Assembly (NCBI GenBank): GCA_964562405.1
Contig: CAZLTC010000006.1
Coordinates: 1,372-65,371 of the forward strand
Origin: an uncultured bacterium
GTDB taxonomy: Bacteria; Joyebacterota; Joyebacteria; Joyebacterales; Joyebacteraceae
DNA: 64,000 nt
Reading direction: 5' to 3'
The notes beneath the pieces were generated by a model that was not told the DNA's origin, did no database searches, and saw nothing but the letters and a program-made list of their open reading frames with translations. A program made the translations under genes and the position numbers. This document shows, piece by piece, positions 49,487 through 57,300 of this stretch (the stretch's first letter is position 1; the number at the start of each line of letters is the position of its first letter).

Positions 49487-50716
49487 ATGCAGGTAGTTCT
49501 CTACGAAGACGCATCGGTCCGCACCCTCGGTCCGTTGGCGCTGCTTCGGCCCGTCTTCGAACTCAGGTGTGGGGCCCTCCTCCTGCGAGAGAAGCTCGAG
49601 ATGAGGCGGCCGGAATGGCGCGTGGCGCTCTCGCCTCGTCCGGAACTCGCGCGCGTGGTCTCAGATGAGCAGCCCGGGCGGGAGGCGTTCGGGCCGCAGG
49701 GCGGCCCCACGCTCTTTCTGTCAGCCGCTGTGCTCGTCGATGACGGGCTGCTCGACTGGGTGGAGACGCTTGGGGAAGGCCGGACGCTCTTGAGCCGGGG
49801 GCGGGTCGTGGGTGCCTACGTGCAAAGCTGCGCAGAGGTGGAAGGCGGCGGCCCGGACATCGCGGCTTCAATAGAGCGGCTGCGCCACGAGCCGGCGGAG
49901 TGCCCGACGATTCGCGTTATCCGGTACCCGTGGGAACTGGTGGAGGAGACCGCCGGCGAGATTGGGCGCGACGCGGCACTGCTGAAGGAGCGCGGACGGA
50001 TAGCGGGAAGCGTGAGCGGAGACGCGTCGGTCGTGGAGCCCGGACGATTGACGGTGGGCCCGGGCAGCGAGGTCGGACCGGGCGTCGTCATCGACGCGTC
50101 CGCCGGCGATGTCATCCTCGGTCGCGAAGTCACAGTGCTGCCGAACTCGGTGCTCATCGGGCCGCTCTCGGTAGGCGATGGCTCGCTCGTGAGAGCGGGC
50201 ACGCGCATCTATGGCGGGACCTCCGTGGGGCCCGTGTGCAAGGTCGGTGGGGAGATATCGGCGTCAGTGATCCAGTCGCACTCGAACAAGCAGCACGACG
50301 GATTCCTGGGGCACTCGTTCGTCGGGAGCTGGGTCAACCTCGGCGCCGGAACGGACACGTCCGACCTCAGGAACGACTACGGTCCCGTGAAGGTCGAGCT
50401 GGACGGGGAGACCATCGAGACCGGCTCGCTGTCGGTCGGCGCCATCATCGGCGACCACTCCAAGACGGCGATCGGCACGAAGCTGAATACCGGGACGGTG
50501 GTAGGCGTGTTCTGCAGCGTGTTCCCCGGCATCTTCCCGCCGAGGTGCCTGGCGTCCTTTTCGTGGGGCACGGCGGACGGGTTCGTGCGCTACGAGCTCG
50601 AGCACGCCATAGAGACCGCCCGGACCGTGATGTCGAGGAGGGGAGTCGACCTGTCGGAGGCCCGCGAGTCGCTCATCAGGAGCGTCCATGGGCGAACGGT
50701 GGGCACCGGAGCCTGA
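49487..50716 (+). CDS. Left-handed beta-helix (hexapeptide-repeat) protein with degenerate N-terminal nucleotidyltransferase-like domain (GlmU-like)
   Basis: N-terminal MQVVLYEDASVRTLGPLALLRPVFELRCGALLL resembles a sugar-nucleotidyltransferase fold lacking a clear GxGxR motif. The C-terminal half is [LIV]GxxxxI hexapeptide repeats. Confidence 0.6.
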   Translation: MQVVLYEDASVRTLGPLALLRPVFELRCGALLLREKLEMRRPEWRVALSPRPELARVVSDEQPGREAFGPQGGPTLFLSAAVLVDDGLLDWVETLGEGRTLLSRGRVVGAYVQSCAEVEGGGPDIAASIERLRHEPAECPTIRVIRYPWELVEETAGEIGRDAALLKERGRIAGSVSGDASVVEPGRLTVGPGSEVGPGVVIDASAGDVILGREVTVLPNSVLIGPLSVGDGSLVRAGTRIYGGTSVGPVCKVGGEISASVIQSHSNKQHDGFLGHSFVGSWVNLGAGTDTSDLRNDYGPVKVELDGETIETGSLSVGAIIGDHSKTAIGTKLNTGTVVGVFCSVFPGIFPPRCLASFSWGTADGFVRYELEHAIETARTVMSRRGVDLSEARESLIRSVHGRTVGTGA

Positions 50717-50806
50717 CCCTGCGGCGCACGAGTTGCCCCCCGCCGAGCTGGACGGCGGGGGGCGAGGGAGGGGAGATGAGCTTATCGCTTCATCCCTCGG
50801 TACAGC

Positions 50807-51868
50807 CTAGTCCTTCTTGAGCTTCTTCAGTTCTTCCTTCATCTCCTTGAGCTCCGCTCGGAGTTCGGCCATCTCCCTCTCGAGATCCTCACGGTCCTCG
50901 GTCATGATGATGGCCTTTGAGCTTGCGGCCTTGCTCAGCTCCTCAGCGTGAGCCTGGAGCGCCTGTTCGTATTCCTTGATGGTCTTGTCGTAATCGCTCT
51001 CGCCGACGACCGCTGTGACAGTGATCTCCTTGCCCTTACGGACCACGACGATGGGAGTCTCCTCGTCAGTCTGCATGTCGGCGATAGCCTCTACCAGACT
51101 AGCGCGGTCCTCAACGCGGTCGCCGTCGACCTTGATTATGATGTCACCGGCCTTGATGCCGGCCTTCTCGGCAGCGCTTCCCTTGACGACGTCCTCGACG
51201 AGCACTCCCTTGCCTTCTGGAACCTCGAAGTAGTCGGCCAGCCCATCACTGAGGTCGTCGATGTAGACGCCGAGCCTACCCCTGCCGCCCGTACCCGACA
51301 GGCCTATCTCCAGCCACGGAAGCGCTACGTCTCCCAGGACCGCGAGGCCCTTGAGTCCCTCCAGGCCACCCTCCAGGCCTTTCAGGAAGCTGCCGCTGTT
51401 GATGTAGTATTCCTCCGGACGGCTTCCGAGCTTCGCCATCAGAAGCTGCTCCTTGCCGTCCCGGGACACCGTGATGTCGATCTCGTCACCGGGCTTCTTG
51501 TCGCCGATGATGGCGATGAGGTCCTTGATGCCGCCCGTGGTCTTCGGGCCGATCTTCTGAATGACATCTCCGGCCTCGAGGCCCGCCATCTCCGCCGGGC
51601 TGTCCTCGTGGATCTCGGTTATGTACACGCCTTTCGCGTCGCCGTTGAGCTTCGCGTCGCCGCGCAACTCGTCATTCAGATCCGAGATGCCGACGCCGAG
51701 CCACGCCGCGTCGGAATCGGTCTCTACGACGACCTTGATCTCCTTCTTGTCGTCCTGCGGAGTGTAGACCCTCACGACGTTCGTCTTCTCGCCGGCCATG
51801 GATGCCGGTGCGACGAGAAGCAGGCAAACGCCCGCGAGGACCGCTCCCGCCACAATCCTCCTGATCAT
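50807..51868 (-). CDS. Secreted tandem-PDZ domain protein with C-terminal coiled-coil (no protease domain)
   Basis: Signal MIRRIVAGAVLAGVCLLLVAPASMA; two PDZ domains (GVYITEIHEDSPAEMAGLEAGDVIQKI.. and GVLVEDVVKGSAAEKAGIKAGDIIIKV..); Lys/Glu-rich helical tail. GGAGGTGG RBS on the minus strand. The ORF-track 5' extension to 52531 is rejected. Confidence 0.65.
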   Translation of the reverse strand: MIRRIVAGAVLAGVCLLLVAPASMAGEKTNVVRVYTPQDDKKEIKVVVETDSDAAWLGVGISDLNDELRGDAKLNGDAKGVYITEIHEDSPAEMAGLEAGDVIQKIGPKTTGGIKDLIAIIGDKKPGDEIDITVSRDGKEQLLMAKLGSRPEEYYINSGSFLKGLEGGLEGLKGLAVLGDVALPWLEIGLSGTGGRGRLGVYIDDLSDGLADYFEVPEGKGVLVEDVVKGSAAEKAGIKAGDIIIKVDGDRVEDRASLVEAIADMQTDEETPIVVVRKGKEITVTAVVGESDYDKTIKEYEQALQAHAEELSKAASSKAIIMTEDREDLEREMAELRAELKEMKEELKKLKKD

Positions 51869-52102
51869 GAAGCCACCTCCAGATGCCCGTGTTGCCGCGC
51901 GCTCGGCGGGCTCAGGCGCCTTCTTCCGCCGACGGTCTGTGGCGTCTCGTCCCGTCGGCAATTGCCGACTCTCTTCCGGAGCGGCGAACGGCCGCTCACG
52001 AAATTGGACACACCGGCAGCTGTGCGGTTGAAGGTTCGTTTCGCGTGGAGGGCCCGTGTCACCGCGATAGGAGAGCCGGCGCGGCGCGGCAAGACGAGGA
52101 AA

Positions 52103-52126
52103 GGGCGGGGCACTTGGGCCCCGCCC
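52103..52126 (-). terminator. Hairpin GGGCGGGGC-ACTTG-GCCCCGCCC downstream of the Yip1 gene (minus strand)
   Basis: 9-bp GC stem; the minus-strand transcript would read ...hairpin-UUUCCUCGUCUUG. Confidence 0.4.
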
Positions 52127-52155
52127 TCTTCGGAAATCTCTGGCCGCGGCCGGCT

Positions 52156-52677
52156 CTAGCGCAGCAGGGCCAGTCCTATGGCTGCGCCTATGGCCGCGAA
52201 GATACCCATCACGATCACTCCCAGCACGAGCGGCACCGCGAGCGCTATTACCGCCTTGCCGCGGTCGAGCCCGTAGATGTGCTCCATGGCGAGAACCGAA
52301 GGGACCAGCATCCACAGACCGGCGACGACGGCGAGGAAAATGGCGAGCGGCGGGAGCGGCAGTATGGCGACCCACGTCACCATGGCAGCCAGGCCGACCG
52401 GTGCCATGAGCTTCTTGAAGTCTCCCTTGCCACCAAGGAATGAGGTCGCGACGAAGTGCGCGATGCCGAAGAAGATGAAGAAGCCGATGAGCCTCACGAT
52501 CGGTAGGACTATGAGACCGAGAGCGTTCCATGTGCCTATGGCGAGGCAGACACCGCTTATGGCGACGACTCCGATGGCCGGACCGAGCGCTTTCTCATCG
52601 GCGGCCATCTCGGTGATGACCTCCTTGTTCAGCTTGATTATCTCCCACGCCTTCTTCAGGTAGTCCATGAACGACAT
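52156..52677 (-). CDS. Yip1-domain integral membrane protein
   Basis: MSFMDYLKKAWEIIKLNKEVITEMAAD.. N-terminus followed by 4-5 TM helices, typical of the bacterial Yip1/DUF1282 family. GGAGAGGAGG RBS. Confidence 0.6.
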   Translation of the reverse strand: MSFMDYLKKAWEIIKLNKEVITEMAADEKALGPAIGVVAISGVCLAIGTWNALGLIVLPIVRLIGFFIFFGIAHFVATSFLGGKGDFKKLMAPVGLAAMVTWVAILPLPPLAIFLAVVAGLWMLVPSVLAMEHIYGLDRGKAVIALAVPLVLGVIVMGIFAAIGAAIGLALLR

Positions 52678-53105
52678 TCGAAGGTCCTCCTCTCCAGGGC
52701 CGGCCGGGGGGAGCAGGCGTGCGCCCCTCGGTTCGGCATCCCGCAACGCACGACGGTTTCTCAGCCACTGACGGCGCCACTATAGGTGAACCGAGCAGCG
52801 GTGGGCAAGGGCAAAGCGCGGCGGCCACACGCTGGGGCTCTTCTCGCCCCAGCCTGTGATGGCCGGAGGGGCGGCACACGTGGAGCGCTTGCGGAACACG
52901 GGGCGCCGCTGAACGGCTGCTCAGGCTGTCCGAGTGCCTCATACTGGCATAGTCTTTGCAACTTGGCGCAGTACAAGGAGTGTTGCGTATTCTGGGGGTG
53001 TGCCGTGGCGCCCGCGGCGACGCCGTTGCGGCTCCAGGTATGGGCGTGAGGGCACACGGTTGGACCGCCCCGGTCATGAGGCCGGAGGCAGAGGAGGAAC
53101 GCATT

Positions 53106-53567
53106 ATGCGAAGCAGGCGAAGACTGATGCATGGCGCAGCGGTAACCGCCGCCGTGGTCACTGTCGCCCTTCTGGGCGTGACCGGCTGCAGCATGGTGGA
53201 GCCGGAGTCGTCCTGGACGGGCAGCGATGGTTCCATCACGGGTGTCGTCAGCTCGACGACCGGGTCGGCGCTCGTCGGCGTAGACGTGAGGATGTGCGCT
53301 CAGACCGACGATGGCCAGTGCCTTGAGTACTACACGACCACCGGCCCCGACGGGGTCTACTCCATCGACGGTCTTGAACTCGGCAATGCGCATGCATACG
53401 AGAAGGCCTACGTTGTCTACGTCAACAGGACGACGTCGAGCGCCATTCCAGTCGTGTCCGGCTATGGAACGCACGTCGCTACCGTGCCGGTGACGTCGGA
53501 AGGCAGCTCCTACGATGTCACGATCACGGCCCCGGGACCCGGCGACCCCAACGACTTCCTAGAGTAG
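53106..53567 (+). CDS. Lipoprotein with carboxypeptidase-regulatory-like (transthyretin-like) beta-sandwich domain
   Basis: MRSRRRLMHGAAVTAAVVTVALLGVTGCS lipobox; GSITGVVSSTTGSALVGVDV...TGPDGVYSIDGLELG pattern; strong GGAGGCAGAGGAGG RBS. Confidence 0.55.
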   Translation: MRSRRRLMHGAAVTAAVVTVALLGVTGCSMVEPESSWTGSDGSITGVVSSTTGSALVGVDVRMCAQTDDGQCLEYYTTTGPDGVYSIDGLELGNAHAYEKAYVVYVNRTTSSAIPVVSGYGTHVATVPVTSEGSSYDVTITAPGPGDPNDFLE

Positions 53568-53646
53568 CCGGCGGGACCAGGGTTGCAGTCGCGGGCCAGC
53601 AGGCAAGGAAGAGGGGCCGTCCTCAGGACGGCCCCTTCTCATTGCG

Positions 53647-53734
53647 TGGTACCGGAGGCCGGGCTCGAACCGGCACGGGCCAGAGGCCCTCGGGATTTTG
53701 AGTCCCGCGCGTCTACCAGTTCCGCCACTCCGGC
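53647..53734 (-). tRNA. tRNA-Leu (anticodon CAA), 88 nt incl. encoded CCA
   Basis: Reverse complement folds as acceptor GCCGGAG / CUCCGGU, D-arm, anticodon stem CGGGA/UCCCG with loop CUCAAAA, long variable arm GGGCC..GGCCC, T-arm GCCGG-UUCGAGC-CCGGC, 3' ACCA. Confidence 0.85.
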
Positions 53735-53751
53735 GTGGTGGCGCAGAGGAG

Positions 53752-53780
53752 ACTCTAGCATCAGCGCAGTGGCCGGTCAA
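53752..53780 (-). promoter_or_regulatory. Promoter TTGACC-N17-TAGAGT (minus) driving tRNA-Leu
   Basis: Read from the reverse complement; -10 lies ~17 nt upstream of the tRNA 5' end. Confidence 0.45.
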
Positions 53781-53826
53781 GGCGCGCGCATCGCACGAGA
53801 TGGAGGGCGACGCGCGGACATTGAAC

Positions 53827-53854
53827 TTGACTGGAGGGCCGCAGATGCTAGAAT
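53827..53854 (+). promoter_or_regulatory. Promoter TTGACT-N16-TAGAAT driving tRNA-Ala
   Basis: -10 lies ~25 nt upstream of the tRNA 5' end; shares GATGCTAGART with the tRNA-Leu promoter. Confidence 0.45.
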
Positions 53855-53879
53855 ACTCAGACACACAGGATTCAAACTT

Positions 53880-53956
53880 GGGGCCATAGCTCAGTTGGGA
53901 CGAGCGCTTGACTGGCAGTCAAGAGGTCGCGGGTTCGATCCCCGCTGGCTCCACCA
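53880..53956 (+). tRNA. tRNA-Ala (anticodon GGC) with G3:U70 identity pair, encoded CCA
   Basis: GGGGCCA acceptor pairing with UGGCUCC (G3-U70 wobble), anticodon stem CUUGA/UCAAG with loop CUGGCAG, T-arm GCGGG-UUCGAUC-CCCGC, 3' ACCA. Confidence 0.85.
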
Positions 53957-54092
53957 GATGCCGCGAGTCTCGGTCGCCGGGAGACCTCTGACAAGGCCTC
54001 CCGGCGGACTCGTCTGGAGGCGGTGTGCCCGGGCGCCGGGGCGGATGCTCCCGGTCCGGAATACCCTCCGGGGGTGCTGAACGCCCAGCGTC

Positions 54093-54121
54093 TTGACACG
54101 GCGGCGTGACTGTGCTACACT
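54093..54121 (+). promoter_or_regulatory. Promoter TTGACA-N17-(TG)cTACACT for the C25/FG-GAP giant gene, followed by a ~200-nt leader
   Basis: Consensus -35, 17-nt spacer, TGn + TACACT; leader contains hairpins GGGATT-GTGA-AATCCC and GGAAC-AG-GTTCC. Confidence 0.5.
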
Positions 54122-54321
54122 GTATTGTAGGGATGCAGACGGGATTGTGAATCCCGCGAGACCACGGAAGCAGGAGCTTGCCACCAAGGATCACTGCTAT
54201 CGCTCAGCTTCATAGTCTGATTCCGGCACGACGAATGCCGTATTGACTGTGAGGAAGCGAGGCCGTTGGTTCATTGGTGGAACAGGTTCCTGCTTCTGCG
54301 TATTCAGGAGGGTGCTGTCAG

Positions 54322-57300
54322 ATGCGAGGTCATCTTGGGGCGGTGGTCGCTGCCGGCATCGTCTTGTCCGTCGCGGCAGTCGTTCAGTCGGCGCCTGGTG
54401 TCGCGCGCGTTTCGTTCGATGCGGCGGATCTTCACATATCGAGGCTTGGTGGCTTCGAGAGCGTGAGCATGGCGGGGTGCAGTTCGATGTCGCAGGTTGG
54501 GGAGCCGGAACTCCCGGTCATGGTCTTCCGGTTCGTTATCCCGGCCGACGCCAGGGTGGAGGACGTACTTGCCGAGTTCGATGAAGTCGACGTGCCGGGC
54601 GTGCATTCGGTGTCGCCCGCACAGCCCGAGGTCCCCATAGGGGAGGCCCCCGAGCGCGCGCAGCCGGACCCGGTGATCTATGGAAGCAGCGAGCCGTTTC
54701 CCTCCAGCCGCGTGCGCTACCTGGGTGACGGGTATCTGGGCGGATATCGCATCGCGAGCGTGGCGGTCTATCCACTGCAGTACGCCCCGAAGGAGGGACG
54801 CCTGACGCTGGCTACGGACGTCTCGGTTGAGTTGGTGCTTGCGCCAGGCGCCGAACGCGCCCGTCCGCGTCACAGAATGTCGGCCGAGGCGCAGCGGCTG
54901 TACGCCAGTCTGGTCGAGAGCATCGTCGAGAATCCGGGTGACGTCGTGACCTCGAGATCGGGCGCGGTCGATATCGTGGAAGACCAGGGGGACGTCGGTT
55001 TCAGTCCCCGATACACTCCGTCGCTTGAGGGCAGCCTGGTCGAGTACGTCATCATCACGAACGAAACGCTCGAGCCGTACTTCCAGCAGCTCGCCGACGC
55101 CAAGACGGCGAAGGGCGTGCCCGCGGTGGTGCGTACGGTCTCGTGGATCGAGGAGAACTACCCGGGCGGATGTGACCTGCCGGAGCGAGTGAGGATGTTC
55201 ATCCAGGACGCATACTCCTCCTGGGGAACGGTCTACGTCCTGCTCGGCGGGGACACGGACATCGTGCCGGTTCGCAAGGCGCAGACAACGTACTACGGTG
55301 GCGAACTGATCCCGTGTGACCTCTATTACAGTGACCTCGACGGCAACTGGAACGACGACGGCGACAGTTACTTCGGAGAGGCGTACAGGGGCGAGACCGC
55401 TCCGGGCGACAGTGTGGACCTGTATCCCGACGTCTTCGTTGGACGTGTCCCCGCGAGGAACTCCATCAACGTTCAGTCGTTCCTGGACAAGACCGACGCC
55501 TACGAGAATGACCCTGTTCCGAAGTTCACAGACAGAAACCTCTACCTGGCGGAAGTGCTGTTCCCCTACGACTGGGACGGCGGCGTCTACAGCCTGGACG
55601 GAGCAGCCGACATCGTCGAGCCGGGACTTCCGTTCGTGCCTCCGTCGATTCACAACGCGCGGCTCTATCAGAACCAGGCGGAGTTTCCGGGCTCGTATAG
55701 CCTGAGTGCTCAGGCCCTGGTGGACTCGTTCAACCTGGGCTACAACATCGCTGTTCACGTAGGCCACGGGAACAAGGACATTATGAGGGCCAGCAAGGAC
55801 AGCTATCTCTCGATGTCCGACGCGTCTGAGTTGTCCAACGGCATCGACAAGGCCTCGTTCCTATGGATGCTGGACTGCTCGACGACGGCCATTGACTACG
55901 ACTGCATTGCCGAACGGTTCATGAACAACCCCGACGGTGGTACCATGGCGCTCTTCGGACCCACCCGGTACGCCTTCCCAGCGACCTCGAGAACGTACTA
56001 CTGGGACTGGCTGGACCTTCTGTACAACCAGGGCATCACGAGGGTAGGTCCCCTGTGCGCCGCCTCCAAGGCTCTCCACGCCAGCTACGCGGAGTCCGGC
56101 ACCGACAACACCGACCGATGGACTCAGTTTGCGACCGTCACGCTGGGCGACCCTGAGCTACCACTCTGGACGGGAAGGCCGCAGACGCTGGCCGTCGGTC
56201 ACCCGTCGGGTCTGCGAGTCGGCGACTCCGGGATGACCGTCACGGTGACCGACCCGAGTCCGGTGGACAGCGCTCTCGTATGTGTGAGCAAATCCGGGGA
56301 CGTCTACGCTCGCGGCTACACCAACGCTTCAGGGCAGACAACGCTGTCGTTCGTTCCCCACACGACAGGAACGCTCAGCGTGGTCGTGTCACGTCCCGGC
56401 TATGAGCCCCACGAGTCGACCGCGAACGTGACGGCCGCCTCCGGCGCGCACGTCTACCTGACATCGGTGGCGATCGACGACGACGCCTCCGGTTCGAGCG
56501 TTGGCAACGGCAATGGCGAGTGCGAGGCGGGAGAGACGATCGAGCTCGACATCACAGCGCGCAACGGCGGCAGCGCGTCCGCCGCATCGGTGACGGCCAC
56601 GCTGACGTCGGTCGACGGCTACGTCCTGATCGAGGACGACACGGCCGTGCTGGGTACGATCGCCGCATCGGGCACGGCCTCATCCGACGCAGCCTTCAGA
56701 TTCCAGACGTCGATCGACACCCCGAACGAGCACGACGCCGCGTTCACGATCCAGTTCAGCAGCGGATCGCGAGTCGTCTGGACGGAGGATTTCGACCTCA
56801 GGATATACCGCCCGATTCTCGGCCAGATTCATGTCGACCTCGACGACTCGACAGGCAACGGCAATGGGGTGCCCGAGATGGGGGAGACCGTCGATGTCGT
56901 CATCGAGCTCCTGAACGACGGCAACGGGCAAGCTGGAGCCGTCGCGGGCGTGCTGCGCTACCCCTCGGCCGGGGCAACCGTGGCCGACAGCGTCGATACG
57001 TGGGGCGACATCGAGGCCGGTGCGACGGCGGTCGGGTCCGGTGGCTTCTCATTCACGGTGAACGGCCCGCTCACCAACCACTTCCGGCTCACGCTCAGCG
57101 ACGAGCGAGGAGCCAACTGGACCTCGTACCTCGACTTCATGAGGCCTTCGGGGCCCGATACTCTCTCGGGAGTGGTCGAGGGCACCACCATAGGGCTTTC
57201 CTGGGACGTAACCACCGACGCGGATCTTCGAGGCTATGACATCTACCGCTCGCAGTCGGTGAGCGGCCCGTACGAGATCGTGAACGGCGCAGTCGTGGAG

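Noticed and set aside
52678-53105. 428-nt intergenic region upstream of the lipoprotein gene, including an 87-aa ORF (52786-53049)
   Set aside because: No convincing promoter, RNA structure or coding signal was found. The ORF is Gly/Ala/Arg-rich and overlaps the strong RBS region of the downstream gene. Left unannotated.
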